The position numbers were made by a program, and so were the translations under genes. From Eutreptiella sp. 'Long Island Sound 2002' (Eukaryota > Protista > Euglenida), in assembly GCA_964036045.1 (NCBI GenBank), contig OZ038378.1, positions 95,976,001 through 96,040,000 on the forward strand: 64,000 bases of DNA. The letters run 5' to 3'. A model generated the notes under the pieces. That model worked only from the letters and a program-made list of their open reading frames with translations, had not been told where the DNA came from and made no database searches. Below, piece after piece: positions 1 through 11,745 of the stretch. Position 1 is the stretch's first letter; the number at the start of each line of letters is the position of its first letter.

Positions 1-134
1 CCCAATTCGAGCTGCATCTCTTTGGGCCCTTTTTCGGTTGGGACCAGTCCCCCCTCACTGCTGGTTGGTTGGGTGGGTTGAGGATGATGGTTGACCAACT
101 GCGGCAAGGAGCATCCCAAGAGTAAGTACAGAGC

Positions 135-1290
135 GTGCGGCTTCCAGAGGTTCTGTACCAACATCCTACCCTTGCCAAACCAGAGGCAGGTGTAATTTAC
201 AAGTTCAAGGGGGGGGGTTTGGGGGTGGTGGGGCAGTGGCTTTGGAAGCCGTGGAAGAAGCATGCAAAAGCCCTCGACCCTTGGGGATTTTTCCCCCTCC
301 AATGTGACCAATTGTTGAACTGGGAGCGAATCATGGCCAACAGGAGGGTTGGGACATTGGAGATGCGGCTGCGCCTCGAAACGGGGGAAGTAGAACCAAT
401 CCACCTCGGGGTGACCCTCCCCGATTTCACAGAGTGCGCATTGCCCTACATCCTCATTAAGCATGAGGACACAAACTGGGTAGGGTGGCATGACATTGAG
501 GGGTTGGAGAGAGTGTGCCACAGAGATGAATTGCCGGACCACGCGAAGACGCCTATACAGTTTCTGATCACCAAACCCCTCCAAAAGGCCCAAACCTATC
601 CCAGCCCCCCCCCGGTCAGCTGCCTACCACACTGTGTCCCTGCCTGTGTGGAAGATGCCCAAAGTCTCTTGGACAAGGTACACTTCTTGGAGGATGACTT
701 CTGCACACCCTTGGGGTTGTATGTGGTATCTTTGCTCCATGGGGTGAGAGAGTGTGGGGGGGGGGGGGGGCGATGAGTGTGCCCCACATGCCGTTCACCA
801 TGGACATATCCTGCACTGTGGTTGGAAGCCATTGCCGCATCGTGTGAAGCGGTATGTACCTTGAATGGTTGCAGCGAAACAGAAGCCTACATCAACTGGC
901 GTTCGATTCGGAGGGGGAAAACCATGACATGACCCTTGTGGTGACGGGCTCTGAGGAACATTGGACAACCTCCATGGATTGCTTAGGCGCACCGTGGAAC
1001 ATTTGGGTGTGTGTGTGTGGAACATTAGAGGTTCCGTATGGATGGTACTGTGTCTGCATGGAACATCATGGGTCGCCGGCCGACATCTGAGGATCTGTAT
1101 TGTATGCTTGCGGTCTTTGTGCAATGTTTGCTTCCACGGACCAATTCAGGGTGTCATGAAACAAATCAGTCCAGCGACAACCCCCCCCCCCCAAAAAAAA
1201 ATCCCACGACGTGTACTCAAGATCCCCCTGAGGTGATCCAAGTTGGTGTGATTTCCTTGCCTTGGCGCAATGAGTTGCACCCCTAGAATG
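135..1290 (+). pseudogene. Degenerate ORF(s) of unknown protein with Cys-rich motifs, probably TE-derived
   Basis: 213-aa ORF breaks at a G-run (~755-771). Downstream frames contain CPTCRSPW and CIVCLRSLCNVC. No family recognised. Confidence 0.25.
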
Positions 1291-1384
1291 TTTGACAAAC
1301 TATGTGGAACATTTTGGCGGTCCAAGGAACGGTTGAGCGTCTCCGTGGAAGAATTTGCACCTCCAAGGAACGTTTGAACCTCCA

Positions 1385-3620
1385 TGAATTATTTCACCCC
1401 CTCTGCGAATCATTTCATACCTCGGTGAATCGTCTGCCCCCCTCCGTGAATCATTTCATACCTCCGTGAATTATGTAACCCCCTCCGCGAATTATTTCAT
1501 ACCTCCGTGAATTGTTTAGCACCCTCTGCCAATCATTTCATATCTTCGTGAATTGTTTACCGGCCTCCGCGAATTATTTTGTACTCTCGTGAATTGTTTA
1601 CCTCCCCTCTGCGAATTTTTTGATATGTCCCTGAATTGTTTACCCCCCTCTGCCAATTATTTCATACCTCCGTGAATTCTTTGACCCCCTCCGTGAATCA
1701 TTTGATACCTCTGTAAATTGTTTACCCCCCTCCGTGAATTATTTCATACCTCCGTGAATTAATTTATACCCTCTGTCAATCATTTGATACCTCCGTGCGT
1801 TATGTAACCCCCTCCGTGAATTATTTGATACCTCCGTGAGTTCTTCAACCCCCTCCGTGAATTTTTTCATACCTCCGTGAATTGTTCACCCCCCTCCGTG
1901 AATCATTTGATAGCTCCATGAATTGTTGAGCCCCCTGCGTGAATTATTGGATACTTCCGTGAATGGTTTACCCCCCTCCGTGAATTATTTCATACCTCCG
2001 TAAATTTTTTAACCCCCTCCGTGAATTATCTGATACCTCCGTGAATGGTTTACCCCCCTCTATGAATCATTTCATACCTCCGTGAATGATTTCATACCCT
2101 CCGCGAATTATTTCATACCTCCGTGAATTGTTTACCTTCCTCCGTGTATTATTTCATACCTCCGTAAATTATTTCATACCCTCCGCGAATTATTTCATAC
2201 CTCTGTGAATTGTTTACCCCCCTCCGTGAATTATTTGATACCTCCGTGAATTGTTTGCCCCCCTCCGTGAATTATTTCATACTTCCGTGAATTGTTTACC
2301 CCCCTCCGCGAATTGTTGGATACCTGCGTGAATTGTTTACCCCCCTCCGTGAATTATTTCATACTTTCGTGAATTATGTGACCCCCTCTGCGAATCATTT
2401 CATGCCTCAATGAATTATTTAACCCCCTCCGCGAAATATTTGATACCTCCGTGAATTGTTTACCCCCCTCTGTGAATTCTTTCATACCTCCGTGACGTGT
2501 TTACCCCCCTCAGTGAATTACTTGATACCTCCGTGGATTGTTTTCCCCCCCTCCATTAGTTATTTCATACCTCCTTGAATTATTTAACCCCCTCCGTGAA
2601 TTGATTGATACCTCCGTGAATTTTTTAACCCCTTAGTGAATCATTTCATACCTCCGTGCATTGTTTAACCCCCTCCGCGAATTATTTGATAACTCCAGGA
2701 ATTGTTTACCCCCCTCCGTGAATTATTTGTTACCTCCGTGAATTATTTACCCCCCTCCGTGAATTATTTCATACATCCGTGAATTATCTAACCCCCTCCG
2801 CGAATTATTTGATACCTCCGTGAATCGTTTAACCCCCTCCCTGAATTGTTTGATACCTCCGTGAATTATTTCATACCTCCGTGAATGCTTTAACCCCCTC
2901 CGCGAATTATTTCATACCTCCGTGAATTATCTAACCCCCTCCGTGAATTATTTTATACCTCCGTGAATTATCTAACCCCCTCCGTGAATTATTTTATACC
3001 TCCGCGAATGGTTTAGCCCCCTCCGTGAATTATTCCATACCTTCGTGAATTATTCAACCCCCTCCTTGAATTATTGGATACCTCCGTGAATTGTTTACCC
3101 CCATCCTTGAATTATTTGATACCTCCGTGAATTGTTTACCCCCCTCCGTGAATTATTTCATACTTTCGTGAATCATTTAACCCCTACGCGAATTATTTGA
3201 TACCTCCGTGAATTATTTAACCCCCTCCGTGAAGTATTTGATACCTCCGTGAATCGTTCCCCCCCCTCCGTGAATTATTTCATACCTCCGTGAATTATTT
3301 AACCCCCTCCGCGAAGTATTTCATACCCCAGTGAATTAGTTAACCCTCTCGGCGAATTATTTGATACCTCTGTGAATCATTTAACCCCCTCCGTGAAGTA
3401 TTTGATACCTACGTGAATTTTTTAACCCCCTCCTCGAATTATTTGATACCTCTGTGGATTGTATACCCCCCTCCGTGAATTATTTCATACCTCTGTCAAT
3501 TATTGAACCCCCCCTGGGAATTATTTCATACCTCCGTGAATTATTTAACCCCATCCGCAAATTTTTTGATACGTCCGTGAATTGTTTACCCCCCTCTGTG
3601 AATTTTTTCATACCCCGGAG
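1385..3620 (+). repeat. 41-42 bp dimeric minisatellite, about 54 units
   Basis: Alternating 20-bp (CCTCCGTGAATTATTTCATA) and 21-22-bp (CCTCCGTGAATTGTTTACCC) subunits share the core CCTCCGTGAATT, e.g. starts at 2221, 2241, 2262. Confidence 0.95.
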
Positions 3621-3715
3621 GGGAATGCCAGACCATTTTCGACATCTGGCCACCCACATTGATGGGAACATTGTGTTGTTGCGTACCAACACATCAAAAA
3701 TAATGGATTCAAGGT

Positions 3716-4511
3716 TTGGCCCCGGACGCTACTGCCACGTCCGCTACAATTTTGAGTCCGGGTATGGCAGAAGCCAAAGTGTACCGTAAAATCGAGGAGA
3801 TGGGCGAAGCCTGCGAACAAGCATGCGTGATCGCCATTGGTGAGGCCGAACGTGATGAGCGCCGGCGGGGAGGACATTACCGAGGCGCCAGCTATGACCG
3901 CTCGTTGCAGGTAGCACCTTTGTGTGTCTTGCATGGCATATTGGGGACACTGGTGTACACAAGAGGAACGTTTGGGCAGTTCTACTTGCGAAGGTTGCAG
4001 TTGGGTGTCGGTGGGAGCAAAGGGCATACAACGAAACGGGATTGTCGCCGGTCACGGCTTGTGTAGGGCACACAAGAGCATGGCCCCCTTCTGCTGATGG
4101 TGAACCACATTGCAAGGGGGTTGGTGCCAGAGTGGTTCACAAGGACTACAATACAGCTGTCATGCAATGAAATGACACCTCCCCATCAACATGGTTTTGA
4201 CTGTACCCCATGTGTTCTCCATGGGGCAGCACGTGGGTGGTGAGAATTGGGTGGAAAAGGGAGGCGTCGGCAGTGGACCGCGTGGCAGACCAGGGAGAAG
4301 GCGTTGCCCAGATGGCATTAAGCGTGCGGGCCATAGGTAGCGTGTCGACAGGCAACCTGTAGTGGTCCGCGCTGGGGCATGGCATGCTACTTGCCCATGG
4401 GAAGGGGACAGGCGATTGGTGGTGCTTTACGGCCGTGGAGAATGGCACAGGTTGCCTCCATCGCACCGCGAGTTCTTGCACCAGCATGCCTTCCGCCTAC
4501 CTGCAGGGTAG
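3716..4511 (+). pseudogene. Decayed TET/JBP-like 2OG-Fe(II) dioxygenase domain
   Basis: The frame of ORF 3716 continues past TAG 4064 as WFTRTTIQLSCNEMTPPHQH (H 4184; the HxD Asp position reads CAT). After a frameshift near 4209 it reads VFSMGQHVGGENWVE...PVVVRAGAWHATCPWEGDRRLVVLY (distal H 4383, Arg 4410), with an in-frame TAG at 4338. Confidence 0.65.
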
Positions 4512-4548
4512 TGGCGGTCCGCAAGGTGGAGCACGGCAACGGCCATGA

Positions 4549-5400
4549 GGCATGGTGAACCCCCCACGTCACAATTGGTGTTGGCTTGGTGCAACATTGC
4601 AATGCCTCCTGCTGGCCTCTGGCGGACAGGAGGCCTTCCATGCTGACTGCCCAGATGATGTGGTGGTGTGGGCTACACTTTGACGCAACATTGTGGCCGG
4701 TACGACAGGTGCTGTGTACCATCCACATGCCATTGCACGTCTCTTGGCGGAGGAGGGGCAGCCAGCTGTTACTGTGTGCCCGTGTAGTGGTCGGTGTCAA
4801 TGTGTTAGGAAGGCTCCCAAGTTTGAGTGGATCCAGCACTCCGAGATGGCGAAGTGCTGGAAGCACATGGTACCAAAACTGGTTGGTGCTGGTGTTCGGT
4901 CTCTGTCTGACTGCTTGTCTCATGATCAATGGTGGCAGCGGTGCCCAGTATGTGACAAGGAAGTCCTCCAAGCTGGAGCTGAGTTGGCAATGGCTGCCCA
5001 AGTGTTGCATGTTACTAACCAGGGCCAAAGTGTGCGGGTGCAAATGAGGGAGGGAATGAAGGGCCGTTCGTTGGGCCGCCCTTCAAACACCCCCCCATGT
5101 GGCTGTGGGGGGGATCTCAAAGAGGCCATTGTACTATCGTCACTGTTGTTCAACAAATGGGCGGCACTCCATGTCCACAATCAACAGCTTCATAGCTTGA
5201 CTGTGAATCATGAGTTTGTGGATGTCAACGGGTACCATTGGTCCCTCCGGGCCATGGTGCTACACATTGGAGCACCTAGGGAGGAAGGGCATTGTGTTGT
5301 TCACATTTTAGTTCGCGATGAGTGGTGGTTGTGTGATGATGTGTCAGTGACCACGGGACTGCCCCCAGCCAATTCGCGAAAGGTGACATTCCTATTGTAG
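4549..5400 (+). pseudogene. Decayed ubiquitin-specific protease (peptidase C19/USP) domain
   Basis: Cys box GMVNPPRHNWCWLGATLQCL (Cys 4579-4581) and His box WSLRAMVLHIGAPREEGHCVVHI...WWLCDD (His 5290, Asp 5335) lie in one frame, with a TGA at 4681. Confidence 0.8.
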
Positions 5401-5989
5401 GAGCGTACTCCCACAGAGATGGTGGGTCTGTCACAAGGCGGTTCACAAAGGGGTGCCTGCAATCGTGGTGCATTTGATGCCCCCTCTCAGTCTGCAGCAA
5501 CAACTGTTGACAGGCATTTCCGCAGCATTCCGAGTAGCACCCCGTTGCCAGCCATGGCGGTGGCAACGGCTGACCCAGAGTCTACCAACCACCTTGGGGA
5601 AGCACAACCCTCCCCTCGCAGCCTGCAGCACCAACTGTCGACAGGCATGCCCCGAGCTTGCCAAGTAACACCTAGTTGGCAGCCATGGCGCTGCCAACGG
5701 GTGACCCCGCATATACCACACATGTGGGGGATGCGCAGCCCTCCACCGAGTTTATAGAAGCTGTGGCAAAGCTTGTACAAAAACAAAGGGTACGATGACA
5801 CAGCATTTGTAGGTCCGTGTGCAAGCCCACCAGGTTCATCTCCGGGCACGTCATGAGAAGGAGTGGGATGAGAGGCATACATGTCAGGGCATGTCACACC
5901 GGTCTGTTACCGAGTCCATAGAACAGGATACAGCCTGATCTGCTGCATTGGCAGCAGCGGGGAGCAATGCTTTTCCTGTGATGATGGGG

Positions 5990-7477
5990 GCAGCTCCCAA
6001 GCAACAAACATCAGGGCGAAAGACACTGCAAGCCTTTGTTGATGGGCAATGGTAGTTGCAGTTCACTATTGAAGGGGGTGTAATGTGCATATGTTGTGCA
6101 TGGGCTGCTCAAACGGATTGTCCTGGGGTGAAGCGCCTACCGGAGGCTGCTACACCCTTGATGAATGGAACGTATGGCATGGGCATGCGTGTGATGATCG
6201 CTCGACCAAAAGGATGGCGTAAAGATGTCCTCGAGGGTCACCTTGGTGTGTCACGTGGCACGACCACCAGCCGCAGGAAAATTGATAATCCTGGCCGCCA
6301 CCACTTGGCCGCCGAGGAGAGTTTCCGGGTGCATCGTGCGGAATGTTTTCGGGCACGGTGCCCTACTGCATCTGCGTGTGTGGTCAATGTGGCAGAGAAG
6401 AGCACTGTGTTCATTAGGGGGGAGGGCATGGAGCTCGGGGTACCTATGACCGACGCGGTGGCAGCCATTTTGTCAAGCTTGGTGGAGGTGTACATTGGCC
6501 TCCACATCCATCCGTGCAATCAGTGAACGGAGTATTCTGCATTGTGCGTTGACCTCCGAACCGGGCCATCATGCCTCTCGACGATGCATAGTTGACAAGG
6601 CCATGGTCGCAATGCATGGTGCCATGCAAGATGGTGTGTCGGAGACCCTCCAAAGGGCATTGTTCATTGCCTTGTTGTTGGATGGATCTGACCGGCAACG
6701 GCATCGCATCAATGAGTATGCCATCCTGCTCTTCTTCCCAGGCACTGGGCCAGGGGGAATGTGTGAGGTGTTCCTTGGTGTGGTGGATGTGGCTTCAGGG
6801 GAGGCACATGAGGTGACGGCACAGGTGGAGGCAGTGCTGCTATCCTTGATGCCTTACCGTGCCTGGTGGGCTCAGAAGGTTGTGGCTCTTGCTGTGGATG
6901 GTGCCTCTAACCTTGGTGTGCGTGGTGCCACTGCACGACAAGCTATTGCTGTGTCAACAATGGAGCACAATGTGTTTGACATGCTTGTGAAGTGGTTGTT
7001 CTTTCTAACCCCCATAGGTGAGCCATGCCATGTGGTCCAGCGCAAGCTAGGTGATGTGGGTCGCCAACGTGCATTGTACAACGGTGCGCGCCAGTGGAAG
7101 GACCTCGAGAGGTGTGTCCAAACGCAAAGCAGACGCGATACACGTAGCGGGTTGCGTTTGATCCCTGCCATTCACCGTATTTGGTGGTCTGAGGCAAATG
7201 CCCGGCGCAACAAGGTGTTCTTGGCCAATGTTCCATGGGTGGTCACGCATTTGGATTTCGAAACGCACCTCACCAGCAAGGAGTGTACCTGCGGCTCCCT
7301 GGTGGGTAAGTGGAAATGTGAAGTTGGGGCTCATTTGGGGCTCAGTTGTGCATTGCGATGTCTTTGTGCTTGTTTGTTGTGCGTTTTGCATGCTAGGTAA
7401 TGTGCATTTAATGTTTTTAGAAGTTTTAGATCCTCACTTGGTCAAGGTTCAAGGGGGGGTTTACTTTTTGGGCGACG
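5990..7477 (+). pseudogene. hAT-family transposase (TTF zinc finger, ZNF862/DUF4371-like), 3'-truncated
   Basis: W*LQFTIEGGVMCICC and LEGHLG (Zn finger); FIALLLDGSD (first Asp); FLGVVDVASGEA; KVVALAVDGASNLG (second Asp); PCHVV; IHRIWWS (RW-like). Frameshift near 6500; cut off at 7477. Confidence 0.85.
7306..7429 (+). other. Probable spliceosomal intron in the hAT transposase
   Basis: GTG G|GTAAGT ... TTTTAG|AT CCT. Splicing gives in-frame SLV-D-PHLVKVQGGVYFLGD. The interval is T-rich. Confidence 0.5.
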
Positions 7478-7513
7478 CTCAGTGAGCGCTCAGTGAGAGC
7501 TAATTGGGGCTCA
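7478..7513. repeat. Fragment of a palindromic MITE-like family (CTCAGTGAGCGCTCA)
   Basis: Its reverse complement matches 9973-10008 at about 32/36. Confidence 0.7.
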
Positions 7514-9460
7514 CTCAGAGGGTCCCCCCCCTGTCCGCCTCTCCTCCGCCCCCCTATCCGCGTACCCATCCATTCCTTCTCGCTCCCATAGGTCCTCTCT
7601 TTCACACCATTTCTAATGTCGTCCCAGGCCTGGAACCAGCGGCTGCAAAGGCTCTCGCGTCTTTCCTTAGTCGCCCCCGGTTACCTACCGCTTTCACAGA
7701 GGCAGCGTACCCGGGGGTGCCTTCGATGGACCTAGAGCCCTTGAAGCTGTGGGCCCAGCAGCTTCCTGCCCCTTCCCAAGAAGTGGTCCACATTACCGTG
7801 TCCAATGTGACCCTTCTTGGAAAGAGCTGGATGCACCGGTGCAAACAAATGTTGCGCCAGGTGCATCCCGCTCTTCGTGCCGTACGCTTCCGCTTTCCTG
7901 TGGCTGCTGTCCAAGATTTGGTGCAGCAGTCCTCAGGAAAGCTAATCGGTACCCCCCACGAGTTCAGGACACGGGTTCATGACACCAAAGATCTCCAACA
8001 CGGTTGGACTGTAGATCTTGGTTTCAGCCACGTTGCACCCAAGAAGGGACTCCTTGAGGCCCTGCCTTTCGGGGTCGGGGTGGTGTCAGGGGAATGGTGG
8101 GAAAGCCTTTCGGCTTGTCCCATCATTCCTGAGTGGTGCCATGTGGTGCCCGACTACACCACCCCAGTCCTGTACAGGACCAAGGAGTCCATGTTCCTCC
8201 GCGGTGCCGCCTCCCCTCCCCCCTACATCTCCCTGGCTGCCCCGGTGTTCTCACATGAACTCCCGGCTCATGACTTTGAGTCGGATGAGTCCTTGTGCGA
8301 CTTGGGGCTCCGGGTGGTTAGGGGGGCGGTAGAGGCCAAGGAGTGCGAGAACTGGTACCGCATTCTCGTCGACTCCTGCGGCACCCAGCCGGATGCAATT
8401 TTGGATCTGCTGTCCAATGCACCCTCTCGCGAGGAGTGCTTGGCTGATCCCAAACTGCCACGGCGCTTGGGTACTCGGCCCGGCAAGCTTATCTCAATGT
8501 TGGGAAGGGACCCCTTGCAACGGGCTAGTCAGCAGTGCAGTGCTGGCTGGCCCGAGATGAGTGATCTCTTCCCAACGTAGTGGTCGGCAATCGCCACCGG
8601 GGAAGATGCTAGGATGCAGACCTGGCATACTGACGTTGATGATAAAGTCAGGTACGCTCCCTAGCATGGGTGAGCTGCCCGGGCATCTCTCAATGATGCT
8701 TGTCCTCTCGGACAAGTATCATTTGGAGGTGCACTTGGGCAGCCGCACCGGTGACCTTGACGCTCTGCGGGTCGCGACCTTCGAGTTTCAGCGTGGGGAC
8801 ATGGTTCTCTTTGCCTCCACGTTGAGACATCGGGGCCTCGACGCGCTGCCGTGGGTGAGCAAGCAGGTTGTTCTCTTCCGCTTCCTGACCCCCGACGAGC
8901 GTCACAAGTGGGTGGACGTGGAACGGTTCATCCCTGACCCTCTGCCAGGGGCCAAGGATGAGCTGGCTTCACGGCCACGGGGAGACGGGCCGCTGCCCGA
9001 CCCTAGGGCTCTCAGCCACTGGGGGCAGTACTTCGCCTTCGGCGAGGGACTGCAGGGCGCGGTTGGTCTGCCGCGGTTTTAGCAGCTGGACGACTGGCTT
9101 GCCCCCCTGGGCCCATGAGGCCCCGGCTGCCCATACCACCCGCTGCTGCTGGCCAGGCCTGCCCTAGACGCCGCCGACCCCATGTGCCACGTGTACGTGG
9201 AGGAAGGCGACGTCTTGTGGACAACCGGGCCATCATGGCTCGACCTGGCTAACAATGGACCCGGGGAGGCCGCCATGCTGCAGCAGTATTGGGCCCCCTC
9301 CTCCTGCCCCATCTCTGCACAGCAGGCTTTGCTGCTCGGCTTCTCCTTGCATCGCGGGCCGGAGAAACGGTGTACAAGGAGCGATGCGGGCGCCGAGGTC
9401 CCGCTTTTGATGCGTTGCATCTGCAGCGGCAAGGTGTTACTCCCTTCTCCCCCTGCATTG
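7504..9460 (+). pseudogene. Decayed ORF containing a PhyH-like 2OG-Fe(II) dioxygenase domain
   Basis: The 358-aa ORF reads through TAG 8578 into MQTWHTD (HxD). After a frameshift it reads HLEVHLGS...FEFQRGDMVLFASTLRHRG...KQVVLF (distal His; CAG possibly from Arg CGG). The frame continues through stops into ORF 9182. Confidence 0.7.
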
Positions 9461-9840
9461 CAGCATTCACACCGGGGTGTTGGGGGGAATATTGGTAGGG
9501 GGCGCGGCTGGGTGGTGGTGGGGTGCACCAGGGTGTTTGGAAAGTTGGGTTGGGGGCTGTGGGCTTGTGGGGCTGTGGGCTGGCAGGGGGTTCTTTGTGT
9601 GTCATGTGTGTAATGCCCCACGAGCGGGCTTAGCATGTGCACAGGCCGCCCCACGAGTGGGCTTAACATGTGCACAAGGTGGCCAGCACGTGGGCCTCCT
9701 GCACTGGCCGTGCGAGTCTGCTGCTGGCCTTTACGGGGCCTGTATGGAGGCCTGTACGGGCCCTTTGTGTGGCCTGCATGGGGCTGTGCTGAGGCAGCTT
9801 CAGCATCCTGCCGCCAGTTGCAGTTGCCAGTCTGGAGGTG

Positions 9841-10018
9841 CAACTGAGAGCTGACTGAGCCGTCTGGCGCGCACAGTGAGCGCTCACTGAGCCATTTGGC
9901 ACGCTCACTGAGCGCTCAGTGCGCCATTTGGCGCGCCCACTAAGCGCGCCAAACGGCTCAGCGAGCGCTCATTGAGCCCAATTAGCTCTCACTGACGGCT
10001 CAGTGAGGTCTCAGTGAG
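9841..10018. mobile_element. Palindromic MITE-like element
   Basis: CAACTGAGAGCT ... AGCTCTCACTGA ends with internal TCACTGAGCGCTCAGT palindromes. Confidence 0.65.
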
Positions 10019-10268
10019 GTGGAACCCGGGACCAGGCCGTTGCAGTGCTTTGCTGCCGTTTGCATCTTTATTGAAACTGGTAGTTTTGGAGTAGCCCCCC
10101 CCCCCCTACATTTGCAGGCTCAATTCCCCCTTGCACGAGGCTTTGGTTGATGCAAACGGCAGCAAAACACAGAGTCAACGTTCGCGCCCGGTAACGTTCG
10201 CGCCCCCCACGGAAGGTGCCAGTAGTTCCTCACGACCACCGCTTTGACGGCAACTGCAACTGGCGTCA

Positions 10269-11745
10269 GTGACGAAGGAGCCGGTGCCGGGGGCATCGGA
10301 AGCGGAGCCCGCAATGCTGACAGCCGCGGGCGAGAGGGCAGCGGCGGTTGACAAGGGTCAGGTGCCGGTGGGCCCATCACTCGCCGACCTGGCCATCGGG
10401 TCCCCGGTCCCTTTCCCCCCGGTACAGGCACCCCGGGCCAGTGATGTACGCGCGGGCTACTTGGGGCTCTACATTGCCCCGGTCAACAAGCAGCCCACAC
10501 CGGCGGACCTCCTCAACAGGACGGTTAACGTGAAGGGGGTATTGCGGCACTCCACCGAGAGGTGGTATTGGATCGTCACCCTCAACGCGGTTACCGCCGC
10601 ACAGGCAACGACGCCCAACCAGATGCACCTGCCGTGCAGGGTGACCGTCTCCGAGGATTGTGGGCTTGTGGCAGGGGAGGGGGGATTTTTTGTAGCCCGC
10701 TTTGCCTACCGGCCGGGGTCCAAACTTTGGTGCTTGGACCGAGCCGTAGGGTTGGAGGAGGGGGGGGTGATGGCCCGCGCTGGCTCAATCGCTTTTAAGC
10801 AGCTGGCGTCATGGGAAGTGTAGGGGGAGGGGTTTTTCTCGGAGGCTTGGCACGCCATGCGTGGCCATGTCGCCACCTTCCGTGCCAGCGCTCTGGGGGA
10901 GGACGTCATCGACCCAGAGGTGGTCAGTGATGGGGAGGTGACGGATGGGGGGAAGAGTGATGGCGCCCGCATTGATCGGAGTACCCGCAGTGGGACCGGG
11001 AAAGGAAAAAGACGGGCAGCCAAGGACAGCAACCCCCCCGCCCCCCCCCAAAAAGTTGGCGGGAAAGGGAAATGCACCCGCACCACAAAAGGCGGCTCTC
11101 AGGAGCCCCCTTCGTGAGCCAGGGTCACCGGGCACCGTGCCATTGACCGTGTACCGGGAGGCATGCCGTGACCGTGACCAGTTCCGCCAGGAGCGGGATG
11201 CTGCCCGCCTGGCAGCGGAAGCAGCCTCCCGTCTCATGGAGGAGCTGGACACGGTCAAGCGGCAGCGGGATGACCTGCAGGCCAAGCTCGTGGACTCTGA
11301 GCGCCAACGGGCTGGCAGTGAGGCACGCCCGGAGGTGCTGCAGCGGTCCAAGGGCTTGAAGCACATTGAATTTGGGCTGGGGGCTGCATCCCCCTCCTAG
11401 TCAAGGGTTCCGGCGGCACCCCCCGCCAACTACAGCGCGCAGTCCATGCAATTCCTGGCATCGGGACTGTTGGAGTACGCCTACTTGGCCACGCGGCTGA
11501 TGGCCGACGCCAAGTCGTCGTGCCAGCAGCTGCAGACCATTGCGGGGCTGGCTCGAAGAACCACGATGCCGGACCTGAGCCCGGACAGCCTGCCGAAGGT
11601 TGAGGCGGAAGTGTCAACCCGCCTGCAGAACGCCGACCGCCGGTATCGGTCGGATGTGGTGGCGGCTGCTCAGCAGCCTGGCTGGAAGCCAAAACCCGTG
11701 GTTGGCAGTCCGGGTTCTCCGCCTGGAACTGCGGCTCTGTGGTAG
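10269..11745 (+). pseudogene. Decayed ~490-aa ORF with a coiled-coil segment, unknown function
   Basis: ORFs 10269 and 10857 share a frame, as do 10945 and 11446, each pair separated by a single TAG. Heptad-like RQERDAARLAAEAASRLMEELDTVKRQRDDLQAKL. Confidence 0.4.

Larger units (their letters stand above)
3620..7477 (+). mobile_element. Putative cargo-bearing hAT DNA transposon (dioxygenase + USP + transposase)
   Basis: Three co-oriented domains with comparable decay. TIRs and TSD were not found, so the boundaries are inferred. Confidence 0.5.

Noticed and set aside
755-771. Frameshifts at long G/C homopolymers as programmed recoding or G-quadruplex signals
   Set aside because: Such runs are ubiquitous here and prone to slippage or sequencing error. 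There is no specific support.
1385-3620. CRISPR-like regular repeats
   Set aside because: There are no unique spacers, the units are contiguous and degenerate, no cas genes are present, and the context is eukaryotic.
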